The notes: generated by a model not told the origin, from the sequence alone. A DNA stretch of 64,000 nt from Dehalococcoidia bacterium (GCA_965208825.1 CBDBPP010000005.1:1038718-1102717); one strand, 5' to 3'; positions 46,357 to 57,025 are shown, counted from the stretch's first letter. Numbers and translations: made by a program.

Positions 46357-48594
46357 TCAGTCTGATATGCCGGCGGGGGTGGGTTCCTCTTCCCGCACCG
46401 CTCCCTCGATCCCTAAGCGGGGCACCCATTCGAGGAACCGCGGATAGTACCAGTTCCACTCGCCCAGCAGCTTCATCGATGCCGGTACCAACACAGACCG
46501 GACGATGGTGGCGTCAATGAAGATGGCGAAGGCGAGTCCGAACCCCATTTGCTGCGCGGAAACGAACTGACCTGTGGAAAAGCCGCAGAACACGGCCACC
46601 ATGATCAGAACCGCGCCGGTGATCAGTCCCGCCGTCGAACGCAGCCCGTAGGCGACTGCCTCGGTGTTGTCTCGAGTCGAGCTAAACCGCTCGCGCACCC
46701 GGCTCAGCAGAAATACGTGGTAGTCCATGGAGAGGCCGAAGAGAATGCAGAAGAGGAACAGCGGCAGCCATGCCTCCACGATGTCCGATTGCTGGAATCC
46801 CAACGGCTCGCCCCATCCGTGAACGAACATCAGCACGATCATGCCGTATGAGGCGCCCACCGAGAGCAGGTTCAGGATGATCGCCTTGAGTGGAACAATG
46901 ATCGAGCTGAAAACCACAGTCAACAGGATGAAACTCATCCCCAGCACGAACACGAACACCCAGGGCGTGACACTTTCCACCATGTCGAAGAAATCCTTGC
47001 TGAAAGCGCTCTCGCCCGTAACGTAAACCCTTGCATCCACCCCTGCAAGTGCCTGGGGGACGTGGACATCCCGCAACCGGCCTATGCGGTCCACCGACTC
47101 GTCGGTGTAGGCGTCTCCCGAGGACTGGACTGTGACCAGTCCCAAGGTACCGGCCTCGTTGGTTTCGTAGGTCGGCCCGACGAAGTCCGGTGCCTCCTCC
47201 AGGGATGCGGTGAGCCGTTCCACAGCAGCCGCCACCGCCGGGTCATTGGTGTCGCCTTCGACTACGATATTGGTCGGGGTGACCGCCCCGGTGCCGCCCG
47301 AGAAGTCCCGTTCCAGGATGTCGTAAGCCTGCCTGCTCTGGAGGTCCGGGGGCAACGAGCTGAACCCGTTGAATCCGACGTCCAGGCTGAGGGCCGGCAC
47401 CGCCGCGGCGATCAGCAACCCTCCGGCGAGCACAAGGCTGGCAATCGGGTAGCGCATGACCGTTCGAGTGGTCCATCCCCAGAACCCGCCCGTGCTGTTC
47501 TCGGCCTCTGTTTCTGTCCGTTGAAGCCGGCGCCCCACTATTGGTATGCGCAGCGAGTTCACTCGGGGGCCGAGGAGGGATAGCACCGCGGGCAGGAGTG
47601 TCAGCGCCGCCATGACGGCGATGATGACTACGACTATGGGCCCCAGTCCCACGGAACGGAAGATGTTGAGCGGGACCAGAAGCATCCCCAGCAGCGCCAG
47701 CACCACGGTCATACCGCTGAAGAACACAGTCCGGTTTGCCGTGTCGCCAATAATCTCGATGGCGCTCAACTTGTCCTTTCCCTGGGCCAGCTCCTCGCGG
47801 AACCGGGAAACCACGATGAGGGAGTAGTCGATCCCCACGGCGAGCCCGATCATGGTCAGCGTCAGCAGGATCGTCTCCACCTGGGGTTCAGCCAAGCCAA
47901 TGGCCGCAACCGACCCCAGGGCAAGGACAATGCCTATTATGGCCAGTCCGATGGGAAGCAGCGCTGCGATTATGCTGCCGAAGAGCACTAGCAGGATGAC
48001 CAGCGCCGCGGGCACGCCGAAACTCTCCCCGCGCTGTATTTCCTGGGCCGCCAGTTCCGCCGTCTCATGGGTGAAGCTCGATTCCCCGAGAATGAAGTGC
48101 TCGAAACCGCCCTCCCCGCTGGTTGCGATGACATGCTCGTAGATTGGCCCTATTTCCTGGGAGGTGTCGTCCATGCTGCCCGCCAACTGGAACTGGATCA
48201 GCGTGGAGCGGCGGTCCCCGGACACGAGGAGCTCGCTACCGGTGTTGTGGTAGGTGAGCACGTTCTCGATGGTGGGAGGGCCCAGCTCGGCGACGGATCC
48301 GGCGAGAGACTCAACCCGCTCGGCGAAGGCGGGATCATACACCGTTTGTTCACCTGAACGGACTATAATGACTTCGTTGCGTAGCGTGGGCCCGGTGAGC
48401 CGTTCCACCAGCAGGTCCTTGCCCACCTGCGAATCCAGGGGGGTCGTGTATCGCGGTTCCTGAGTGATCGCATCGCCAAACCAGACGAACTGCGCCAGCA
48501 CGGCTATGACCACGAGGGCGACCCATAGGGCAATGGTTTTCCAGGGGCGGCGTGCGCTTGCGACAGCCAGCGACCTTGTCATGATATTCAGCAA
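46357..48594 (-). CDS. MMPL-family (RND-superfamily) transporter
   Basis: 745 aa with two blocks of about six TM helices separated by soluble domains. Contains SRFREELAQGKDKLSAIE...FFSGMTVVLALLGMLLVP. The start is TTG 48594 or ATG 48582. Confidence 0.8.
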   Translation of the reverse strand: MLNIMTRSLAVASARRPWKTIALWVALVVIAVLAQFVWFGDAITQEPRYTTPLDSQVGKDLLVERLTGPTLRNEVIIVRSGEQTVYDPAFAERVESLAGSVAELGPPTIENVLTYHNTGSELLVSGDRRSTLIQFQLAGSMDDTSQEIGPIYEHVIATSGEGGFEHFILGESSFTHETAELAAQEIQRGESFGVPAALVILLVLFGSIIAALLPIGLAIIGIVLALGSVAAIGLAEPQVETILLTLTMIGLAVGIDYSLIVVSRFREELAQGKDKLSAIEIIGDTANRTVFFSGMTVVLALLGMLLVPLNIFRSVGLGPIVVVIIAVMAALTLLPAVLSLLGPRVNSLRIPIVGRRLQRTETEAENSTGGFWGWTTRTVMRYPIASLVLAGGLLIAAAVPALSLDVGFNGFSSLPPDLQSRQAYDILERDFSGGTGAVTPTNIVVEGDTNDPAVAAAVERLTASLEEAPDFVGPTYETNEAGTLGLVTVQSSGDAYTDESVDRIGRLRDVHVPQALAGVDARVYVTGESAFSKDFFDMVESVTPWVFVFVLGMSFILLTVVFSSIIVPLKAIILNLLSVGASYGMIVLMFVHGWGEPLGFQQSDIVEAWLPLFLFCILFGLSMDYHVFLLSRVRERFSSTRDNTEAVAYGLRSTAGLITGAVLIMVAVFCGFSTGQFVSAQQMGFGLAFAIFIDATIVRSVLVPASMKLLGEWNWYYPRFLEWVPRLGIEGAVREEEPTPAGISD

Positions 48595-48817
48595 TATTGA
48601 AAATCGATATCAGTTCATACTAATTCATACGTTAAGTACATGCTAACCGACAAAGGGCCGACAACCGGAAACCGGATTTTACCGCGGCCAGGTGCGGCGA
48701 GTGGAGCGAAATTCCAGGTTTTGTGGGATGATCTACCTTGTTAAACTGGGAGAATCCCTCCAGTACCGAGGCCATTTAGATCACAGTTTCCCAAAATTTT
48801 TCCTGCGGAGACCAGGT

Positions 48818-49831
48818 ATGAAGTTCGGCATCTATAGCTCCATAGCCGACCCGCCTCGAGGCGAGAGACTCGACCTGCGGATTGATGAGGTCGTCGCGGA
48901 AGCCAAGCTGGCGGAGCGGGTGGGATTCGACTCCTGCTTCTTCGGTGAGCATCACCAGGACAAAGACGGTTTCCTCCCCTCTCCGTTGATTGTCGCGACG
49001 GCGGTGGCTGCCCAGACAACCACCCTGAACGTGGGCACGTCGGTAATCCTGCTGCCCTTGCACAACCCCGTGCAGGTGGCGGAGGACGTTATAACCCTGG
49101 ACCTGGTTTCCCGGGGAAGGGTGATCCTGGGCGTCGGCCTGGGCTATCAGGACGCGGACTTCCGGGCCTTCGAGGTGCCTATCCGCCAGCGCGTGGGCCG
49201 GTTCGAGGAGGGCGTGGAGATCATTCGCCACTGCTGGAGCGGGGAACCCTTCTCCTTCCACGGCGAATACCATCGACTGGAAAATCTGCACATCACTCCG
49301 CTCCCCTACCAGGACCCTGCTCCTCCCCTGTGGATCGGGGCCAGCACCATGCCGGGAGCACGGCGGGCCGGGCGTCTTGCCGATGGCTTCGTTGCCACCC
49401 CCAGTATCGACCTGGCCACAGCCGTCGAGCTGGCGGACGCTTACAGGGAGACCGCCTTGCGGGAAGGCCGGGAGAACAGGGTGATACTGATGCGGGACGC
49501 CTGGGTGGCGGAGACTCGCGCAGAGGCCGAGAGGGTGTACGGCCCTGAGGTGATTGCCGCCTACAAGTACTACTGGCGCAACGGCTTGCCTGACTTCCGC
49601 AGCGTCAGGGCGGAAGATGAGATAACCCTCGACAACGTCGGTCCGGACCGCTTGATACTCGGGGACCCTGAGGAATGCGTCGAGGAATACCGGCGCTGGA
49701 GCGAGGCCGTGGGCGCCGATTACTTCCTGCTGCGGCTACGGCACGCCCACTCGGGCGGCCCTCCCCACGAGAGGATTATGGAGGCCATTCGGCTGTTCGG
49801 GGAAGAAGTAATTCCTGCCTGCGCCGGTTGA
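48818..49831 (+). CDS. LLM-class flavin-dependent oxidoreductase
   Basis: The sequence begins MKFGIY and contains ERVGFDSCFFGEHH and GRVILGVGLGYQDADF. GGAG lies 10 nt upstream. Confidence 0.75.
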   Translation: MKFGIYSSIADPPRGERLDLRIDEVVAEAKLAERVGFDSCFFGEHHQDKDGFLPSPLIVATAVAAQTTTLNVGTSVILLPLHNPVQVAEDVITLDLVSRGRVILGVGLGYQDADFRAFEVPIRQRVGRFEEGVEIIRHCWSGEPFSFHGEYHRLENLHITPLPYQDPAPPLWIGASTMPGARRAGRLADGFVATPSIDLATAVELADAYRETALREGRENRVILMRDAWVAETRAEAERVYGPEVIAAYKYYWRNGLPDFRSVRAEDEITLDNVGPDRLILGDPEECVEEYRRWSEAVGADYFLLRLRHAHSGGPPHERIMEAIRLFGEEVIPACAG

Positions 49832-50332
49832 CCTCGGGCAGGGCCCGCGCTTATTTGGACCAACGGAGCGGCACCGAAGGGGCAATCCCTGGGGTTAATC
49901 CTCATGCCCCCAGGATCGTCCGTAATCATCCCGGATCGGTCCGGGTCGAATACTGCAATACCTTCTGGCGCCAGTCAAACGTGGCTCGGACACCTGGCGG
50001 TTGGTAACATTTGCGCCGGAGAGTGAGTCCGTGGCGAACCGATTAGCCCGGTATATTCCTCCACGTCGGGTTCCCGTTGCTCCCCCTGGAGGCATCTTGG
50101 TTTCTTTACAGGCCGGCAAGCGTTATCGTCCCAATTTGGCTGGTTCAACCATGCCACCGTCCGTCATTTCTGTAGATGCGGGGTAACACGTTAACAGATT
50201 GGCAGGAACAGGGGTGCCGGTCAGCAGGCGAAGGGGCGAAACACCGGGAGGGTTCTCGCCGTTTCACGCCACTGACACTGAATGTTCCCTTTCCCGCTAG
50301 CACTGGATTCGGAGGGCAGGTCAAAACAGCCA

Positions 50333-51244
50333 TCAGAGGATACCGTGCTCCGCCAGAAACCGGGTAAGGCCGTCCACGCATTGGCCCGGCTGTTCCAGCG
50401 GCAGAAAATGAGTCGCATCGGGCAGGAAGTCATAGTCCACTTCCACAATGTCACTCAGGTCCAGCGTGGGAAGGTAAGAATAGGGCAGCGTGGGGTCCGC
50501 CCCAATGACTTTTACGGGACAGTGGAGACTGGGAAAGTCCACAAGCACTGCGAAAGTGCTGGCGTAGTCCACAATCTGCGCCTCATACTCCCGGGGGCAT
50601 CGCAGCACAAATCCCGGCCCCTCATCGCTGGCGCGCAGTGTTGTTTCGGCCACCAGTTCCATGACCCCTGGCAACGCTCTTTTGAACATTGGCGAAAACT
50701 CCAGCACGCCTGACAGCTGGGACAGCGATTTGAATGTGGGTGTCCGGTTCCTGGCCGCAGCGGCAGCCTTGTTTGCCGCCATTTCGAATTCCTGTAAACC
50801 GCGCCCCGGCTTGCAAAGGGGAGGATCGAAAAGAACCAGGGCCGAGTACGGAGCACCCCGGGTGGACGAAAGCAGGGACACCAGGCCCGATATGGAATGA
50901 AAGACGCCCACGGTGGGTTTATCCCCGAGGGCGCGAAAGACCGACTCGATAATTAGATCGTGGTCCCGAACAAAGGATGGCATGTTGTGGTTATCGAGAG
51001 AGGACACGGAATTCCAGCCGTGGTTGCGCAGGTCATACAGAACCAGGTCAAAGTCGCTGGTCAGGAGAGACCAGAAAGGAAGGTACAGATCGATGGCCAG
51101 GCCGTTTCCATGGCTCAGCAGCAATCTCGGACCATCGGGATTTCCGTGCCGCCTCAGTATGATCCGGGTCTCGTGGTCCACGGGTATCTCGTGAACTGAC
51201 AAGGGCTCCGGCAGGGTCCAACTGGCGTCCGGTTGCATTGGCAT
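50333..51244 (-). CDS. Alpha/beta-hydrolase-fold protein (candidate chain-releasing or lipid-modifying enzyme of the PKS locus)
   Basis: 303 aa. Contains LLLSHGNGL (oxyanion region) and the nucleophile-elbow-like VGVFHSISGL. Confidence 0.65.
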   Translation of the reverse strand: MPMQPDASWTLPEPLSVHEIPVDHETRIILRRHGNPDGPRLLLSHGNGLAIDLYLPFWSLLTSDFDLVLYDLRNHGWNSVSSLDNHNMPSFVRDHDLIIESVFRALGDKPTVGVFHSISGLVSLLSSTRGAPYSALVLFDPPLCKPGRGLQEFEMAANKAAAAARNRTPTFKSLSQLSGVLEFSPMFKRALPGVMELVAETTLRASDEGPGFVLRCPREYEAQIVDYASTFAVLVDFPSLHCPVKVIGADPTLPYSYLPTLDLSDIVEVDYDFLPDATHFLPLEQPGQCVDGLTRFLAEHGIL

Positions 51245-51264
51245 GCAGCTAGTCCTTTGGCCGC

Positions 51265-51311
51265 AGATTTCCGCAGGTCGGAGAAACTTTATGCCGAACT
51301 TGCGGAAATCT
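51265..51311. promoter_or_regulatory. 11-bp inverted repeat AGATTTCCGCA-25 nt-TGCGGAAATCT just upstream of the hydrolase start
   Basis: Read directly from the sequence. A third partial copy, CCCGCAGTTTCC, follows at about 51319-51330. It could be an operator or a 5'-UTR hairpin. Confidence 0.3.
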
Positions 51312-51970
51312 CCACAGGCCCGCAGTTTCCCCGGCTATGGCGCTGACAGTATACGACTGAACCCACGGAGGTTTGACCGCTTTCCAGTCCGGGCCCGCTA
51401 CCAGTCGAATCGGCTTGGCTCACAGGGTCGTCTCCGGTGTTGCTGGCGCAAGTCCCATGGCCCCGGCGAAACCTGAACCCCCGTACATTCAATGGCAGTG
51501 GCCGGTCACCCCTGCAGCTTCTGCAGCGTGCCGAAGGCTCTCTGATGCGGCTGCTCCCCCCACGGTCTGTCATGGGAGTTCTCCGTACCTCCGTATTCCT
51601 GCGAGGGCCTAGGCCCAATGGACGGCGAGCAACAGAGAATCGTGACCGGGTTCTCTGCAAAAGGCGTGACGGGTGCACTCGTCTCCGCAAGCGACGCGGA
51701 TCACGTCGCCCGGCTCGTCACGGGCAGTGCGCTGGCGCCCTGGGTCAGTGCTGTCCGATGGGGAACGCGTTGCCGCACTGCAGACGCCTGCCCTACAGGT
51801 GATGACTCTGGGTCCGAGCCGAACGATTTCAATTTCAGCCTCCACCAACGCCTGTGTAACGAGGGGGCTGAGGGATGTTCCAGTTACAGTCCGAAACCGT
51901 GGTCATCGGTAGTCTCGCCGGCCCGACGTGGACCGGTCCGCCGTGAAATAAAGGCCCAAAGGTTAAGCGC

Positions 51971-52699
51971 TCATCGCACAATCTTTGTATACGCCAGCGC
52001 CGCTGCGAAATCCTCGGTGCTCAGGTCGACGAGAGTCCACGCCGGGGATTGTTTGCCAGGGAACCGGAAATCCGCCGCCTTTTCGCCCGAGATCATGCTT
52101 TCCGGGCCCTGGAACCCTGAGAAATCGGTATACAGGCCAGTGCCCGACCCTTTTGCCAGTGCCTCTTTCATCGTCCAGATGCGATAGAACAGATGCAGCC
52201 TTCTTTTCCCGGTCAAACCCAGCAGTTTCACTTTCTCGTCGGGCCCCATCACAGTGGCGATCAGGCCCTCCAGGTGGCGGCGCGCCAAACGCTCCTCGAC
52301 ATCCACTCCCACCTCGCTGTCCCTGGAGAGAGCGATCAGGCCGTGATTTACGCTGTGGCTCACGTTGAACCTCAGCGACGCAGGTGCGTCGTCCTTCAGC
52401 ACATAGGGTTTGCCATAGGGGGTTGTATCGAATGAAAGATGATGGTTGGGAGAGTCCAGCTGGGATGAGAGGATCGCCCGCAGGGCTGCTCTGCACAGGG
52501 TATACCGGCGGCCCGCACCGGGAAACAGGAACTTGTCGAGTCGCGACAGCTCATCCTTGTTGAGCCATCCGGCCGCTTCCGATTCGTGGGCAGGGTGGCG
52601 GCGCAGGTCTACATGTACAACCGCCACATCGCCTATAACAGAGATTGGGGACCACCACGGCCCTTCCTCCACGGCGGGAGCCCTCGACGGGAACATCAC
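51971..52699 (-). CDS. Sfp-type 4'-phosphopantetheinyl transferase
   Basis: Contains TPYGKPYV, FNVSHSVNHGLIAL, VGVDVE and WTMKEALAKGSGTGL. Confidence 0.85.
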   Translation of the reverse strand: MMFPSRAPAVEEGPWWSPISVIGDVAVVHVDLRRHPAHESEAAGWLNKDELSRLDKFLFPGAGRRYTLCRAALRAILSSQLDSPNHHLSFDTTPYGKPYVLKDDAPASLRFNVSHSVNHGLIALSRDSEVGVDVEERLARRHLEGLIATVMGPDEKVKLLGLTGKRRLHLFYRIWTMKEALAKGSGTGLYTDFSGFQGPESMISGEKAADFRFPGKQSPAWTLVDLSTEDFAAALAYTKIVR

Positions 52700-52753
52700 C
52701 GGAGGTGGGGGGCTTGCCGGTGGCTCAGTTCCGCTGCTGATGGTCGGACCGGT

Positions 52754-52999
52754 TCAGGAGGTCCTGGCCTCGATAAAGGACACCAGGTCTCCCATGGAGT
52801 TGATGCTTGCGCAGTCCTCGGTAGTCAACGTGAAGCTGAAGTCTTGCGCCACGACCTTGGCGAATTCGACGAACTCAACCGAGGAGAGCCCGGAGTCTCG
52901 CAAACTTGAGTCCAGAGCCAGGGGGCTCCCCTTTGAGCGCCCTTCGATTTCCAGGTTATCGTCCACCAGTTGCCGGATCCTTTCTTCCGTTGAAGGCAT
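52754..52999 (-). CDS. Discrete acyl carrier protein
   Basis: GGGAGGA lies 6 nt upstream of ATG 52999. The phosphopantetheine-site region reads LRDSGLSSVEFVEFAKVV. 81 aa. Confidence 0.75.
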   Translation of the reverse strand: MPSTEERIRQLVDDNLEIEGRSKGSPLALDSSLRDSGLSSVEFVEFAKVVAQDFSFTLTTEDCASINSMGDLVSFIEARTS

Positions 53000-53323
53000 T
53001 GCCTTTCCTCCCAATGGTTTTATCCGTTGTCGCTTGCCTGAAATGGCTGTTTAACCAAAGCCCGTGCAAAGTGACACCGAATGATATCACGATAATATCA
53101 CAAAATGTCTGCTGCAAGAGTTCACGAAACCGTGAGATACGTCTGGGCTATAGGAACGGACGGAACTGCATGATGCACCGGATCATATTGGGGACGCTTA
53201 AGGAGGATAGTGAGTTCCTCGCCTTATCGGGCTTTCCCCATGCATAAAGCGGAGCGGATAGACCAGGACTGGAAATTCCCTGTGGCCCTGGCCCATCGCC
53301 GATCACAAATCGGGCTGGCTGCC

Positions 53324-56211
53324 TCACCGTTTCTGCACCCAGAAGCTCCGGCGCTGGAAGGGGTATGCGGGGATAGAGATTTTCCGCCGCTGTTCCCCGG
53401 CGAACAATCCCTGGAATGACAGGGGCACACCGGAGGAGTAGGCCCTAGCGAGACTCCGCACGAACTGCTCCTGCTCCCTCGTTGCTTCTTCTTGCAGTAG
53501 CGGTAAGTCCTCCACCGTACCGGAACGCACTAGGCCCGGAGAAACTGCGCCGTGAGCCGGGCCAATCTCCACGACGAATTCGGCTTCCAGTTCCCGGAGA
53601 ATCTCTGACAGGTCCGAGGATGCCGCCCCCTGACTCATCGCCTGGTACCAGAAGGCTTTGTCCAGCTTGTCGGAGGCACGAATTACCCGGCCTGCTCCGT
53701 TGCTGAACCAGGCTATGGAAGGCACTGTGGCCTCGATGGGGTCCAGAGAGGTTTCGCCGCGTTTTATCGACAACAGCAGTCGCAGCCCATCCTCGAGGGA
53801 TACCACTCCCGAGGCGAAGGCTGCCGCCACCTCGCCTGCACCTTGTCCGTAGACCACTGACGGCTGAACTCCGGCGCCCTTTAGCAGGACCGTGAGACCC
53901 GCGCCGAGGGCGTAAGCAGCGGCCTCCTCCTGTTCGCCGTTCGGCGGCCCGTCTCCGAACAACGCACCGAGCAGTGGGGCGCCCAGTTCCTCCTTGGCCA
54001 CCTCGTCGCATCGGTCCAGCACCGCGCGGAAGACCGGTTCGGTCTCGTAGAGCTCTCGGCCCAGCCCGCCTGTTTGACCTGGCCCACCCCAGTAGACGAA
54101 GGCCGTTCGGACGGAGGCGGTCGGCGGGGACTGGTCGTCCGCGCCCTCCATTGGAACCAGGGATGCCAGGCCCTGCTTCAACTCCACTGCGTCGCGGAAG
54201 GGGAGGGCTCTTCGGTGGTCGAAGTGACTCCTGCCCGTACCAGCCGACCACGCCATGTTCGACAGGGTGGTCCACGCCTCCTCGTTGTTTCGATCAAACA
54301 GTTCCGCCCGTTCCTCCAGCCAGGACAGGTAACGCTGCGCCAAGTCGCTCATTGCCCCCAATGTCTTCCCCGACATCGGCAGGAGCCGGACCCGCCGCTC
54401 CCCCGGTCCGGTCTGTTGTTCCGCCAACACACCGGTTTCGGCCGACACGAGCCGTGGTGCTCCCGCGGGCTCAGGATTTGGGTCCTCGCCGGTGGCAGGC
54501 GCTCCGTAACCCTCCAGGACGACGTGAGCGTTGGTGCCCGAGAGACCGAAGGAGTTGACGGCGGCCAGTGGCCGTCGGTCCCGGCCGTTCGGCCAGGCCA
54601 TGGCTTCCGTCGAAATGCGCAGCGGCATCCGGTCCCAGTCGAAATCGGGATTGGGGTCGCTGAAGTTCAGGTGGGCCGGAATCATCCTCCGATTCAAGGC
54701 AAGGACGGCCTTGATGATGCTTGCCATGCCCGAGGCCCATTCCAGGTGGCCGATATTGGCCTTGGCGGAGCCGACCACCAACGGTTGGTCCGAGGTGCGG
54801 CCCCTGCCATAGACCGAGGCGATGGCGCGCAGCTCGATGGCGTCACCCAGCAGCGTGCCCGTTCCGTGGGCCTCCAGGAAGTCCACCTCCGAGGGGGCAA
54901 CACCCGCTCGGTCCAGGGCATCCTGCATGACGCGCTCCTGGGCCGGGCCGTTGGGAGTCTGGATGGCGGCGCTGACGCCGTTCTGGTTGAGCGCCGTTCC
55001 GCGGACCAGGCCCCAGATTCGGTCCCCGTCCTCTTCCGCCTCTCCGGCCCGCCGCAGCACCAGGACCCCGCACCCTTCGCCGCGCACGAAGCCGTCGGCT
55101 GCGGCGTCGAAGGCGCTGCACCGGCCCGACTCGGAGAGCATTCCGTGTTCCCTATGGAATTGGACTATCGGCTGCGAGAGCAGGGCGTTGACCCCCGCTG
55201 CCAGGGCCAGGTCCACCTCGCCCCTTTCCAACGCCGCCACCGCCTGGTGCACGGCGGCCAGGGACGAGGCGCAGGCCATGTCGATGGGCATGGCCGGGCC
55301 CTCCAGACCGAGGGCGAAGGCGACCCTGCCTGCCGTGACGCTGCTGGTGGTTCCGAAGAAGCTGTCGTTGCCGCCGCTGGCGGCGATCACTTCCCGGTAC
55401 TCGCTGCCGCCGATGCCTAGGTAGAGGCCGGTGCGGCTGCCCCGCAGCCTGCCGGGGTCGATGCCCGCGTCCTCCAGCGCGTGCCAGGTGGTCTCCAGCA
55501 GCATCCGTTGCTGCGGATCCATGGTGCGGGCCAATATGGGCTGTATCCCGAAGAAGCGGGCGTCGAACCGGTCGATGCCGTCGACGAACCCTCCCAGCCG
55601 GTATGCCGGGTCCTCGGCCATGGGGTCGCCGGTCAGGCCGGCCCAGGATCCCGGGTCACGGCGGCCGTCGGTGATCGTTTGCCGCCCCGACTCCAGGATG
55701 TCCCAGTAGGCCGACAGGTCCGGTGCGCCTGGGAATCGACAGGCCATGCCCACGATGGCGATGCTGTCGCCGAGGTTCCCGCTTTCCAGGCGCGGAGGTG
55801 GCGCCGGCATCTCCTCTCGCGCAGCCCCATTTGCGCCCCCGGCCCCCTCGAGTCCCTCGACGATATGGGCGGCCAGGCTGGCCACGTTTGGGTAGTCGAA
55901 TATCGCCGAGTTGGACAGCGCGAACTGTCCCGCCAGGGAGCGATTAAGCCGGTTGCGCAACTCGACGGACATCAGCGAGTCCATGCCCAGGTCGAAGAAA
56001 CCTACCTGCTGCGCCGGGGCCGATGGCAGGCGCAGCACGGCCTGCAACTCCCGCTGCAGGAAGGCGGTGGCAATGTTCGCCTGTTCCAGGGCGGGAGAAT
56101 CCCGGAGCTGGGACACCAGGTCTATTTCCGCCGTTGGCCCGGCATCGTCGCCTTCCAGTTCCCTGGTTTCCTCCATCAGTTCATCCAGGAACGGGGAGGG
56201 CTCAAAGAGGT
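53324..56211 (-). CDS. Type I PKS, distal fragment: ACP-KS-AT0 (AT remnant)
   Basis: ACP motif is GFFDLGMDSLMSVEL (Ser codon 55976-55978). The KS motifs are DMACASS (Cys codon 55271-55273), EAHGTGT and KANIGHLEWASG. The AT-like region has GQGAGE in place of GHSxGE (53831-53848), and the protein ends ...IPAYPFQRRSFWVQKR. The track start TTG 56224 and its first residues derive from the IS end. Confidence 0.85.
53360..54109 (-). other. Degenerate, shortened AT-like domain (AT0)
   Basis: VVYGQGAGEVAAAFASG aligns with AVVGHSLGEIAAAHAAG of the upstream AT, so His is replaced by Gln and the nucleophile Ser by Gly. About 160 residues separate the motif from YPFQ, against about 265 in the intact AT of the same protein. 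Confidence 0.65.
54509..55768 (-). other. PKS ketosynthase domain (Cys-His-His triad intact)
   Basis: Contains IAIVGMACRFPGA, DMACASS, EAHGTGT and GHLEWASG. Confidence 0.8.
55850..56092 (-). other. PKS in-cis ACP domain
   Basis: Contains LGMDSLMSVELRNRL. Confidence 0.75.
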
Positions 56212-56248
56212 TGTCCCGCGTCAACTACTTTTGCCGATTGAGCGTCAA

Positions 56249-57025
56249 TTAGTTTTGCCGGTTCACCTCCTCTGCGTGGCCCCGTTGCTGTGCCGCATCG
56301 GTGCGGTAGCTGGGGACGTCAAACTCCAGGATGACGGAGTGGTGCACCACCCGGTCGATGGCCGCCGCGGTGGCCATGGGGTTGGCGAAGATGCGTTCCC
56401 ACTCGGAGAAGACCAGGTTGGACGTTATGCCCAGGGACCGGCGCTCGTAGCGCTCGGCGATGAGGGTGAAGAGGACCTCGGACTCCTCGGTCCCCTGGGG
56501 CAGGTAGCCCAGGTCGTCCAGCAGCAGGAAGTCGAAGTTGTCCAGCTTGCGCAGCCGGCGGGGCAGGTCCAGGTCGCGCTTGGCGGCGAGGAGGTCCTGC
56601 ACCAGGCGGTAGGCTGGGACGAAGAGGACGGAGTAGCCGGCTTCCACCAAACGGTGGCCCAGGGCGCACAGGGCGTGGGTCTTGCCGGTGCCGGGCAGCC
56701 CGAAAGCCAGCACGTTGACGCCGCGCTCCACGAAGCTCCCCTGGGCCAGATGATCCATTTGCTGCCGGAGCGCCAGGGGCATCCGGTGGTGATCGAAGGT
56801 CTCCCAGGTCTTGCCCGAGGTCAGCCGGGACTCCTTGCGCAGCCGGTGGGTGCGCCGTTGACGGCGATCCTCGGCCTCCTGCTCCAGCACCTCCAGGAGG
56901 ATGGGCAGGGCGTCGCCGTGGCCGGCGGCGGTGAAACGCTCCACCGACTGAGCTTCCATGGTGGGCAACTTGAATTCGTGGCACAGCTGGCCGATGCGCT
57001 CTTGCACGACGCTGGCGTTCATCAT
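56249..57025 (-). CDS. istB: IS21-family helper ATPase IstB
   Basis: 258 aa from ATG 57025. The Walker A motif is GLPGTGKTH and Walker B is FLLLDDLGY. The track ORF extension to 57625 overlaps istA out of frame. Confidence 0.85.
   Translation of the reverse strand: MMNASVVQERIGQLCHEFKLPTMEAQSVERFTAAGHGDALPILLEVLEQEAEDRRQRRTHRLRKESRLTSGKTWETFDHHRMPLALRQQMDHLAQGSFVERGVNVLAFGLPGTGKTHALCALGHRLVEAGYSVLFVPAYRLVQDLLAAKRDLDLPRRLRKLDNFDFLLLDDLGYLPQGTEESEVLFTLIAERYERRSLGITSNLVFSEWERIFANPMATAAAIDRVVHHSVILEFDVPSYRTDAAQQRGHAEEVNRQN

Noticed and set aside
51609-51906. The Cys-containing ORF 51609..51848 and an overlapping 23-codon ORF (51835..51906) downstream of the PPTase as real small genes or a RiPP precursor
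   Set aside because: There is no SD and no recognisable motif. The sequences are Arg-rich and overlap each other. I treat them as part of the unassigned spacer.
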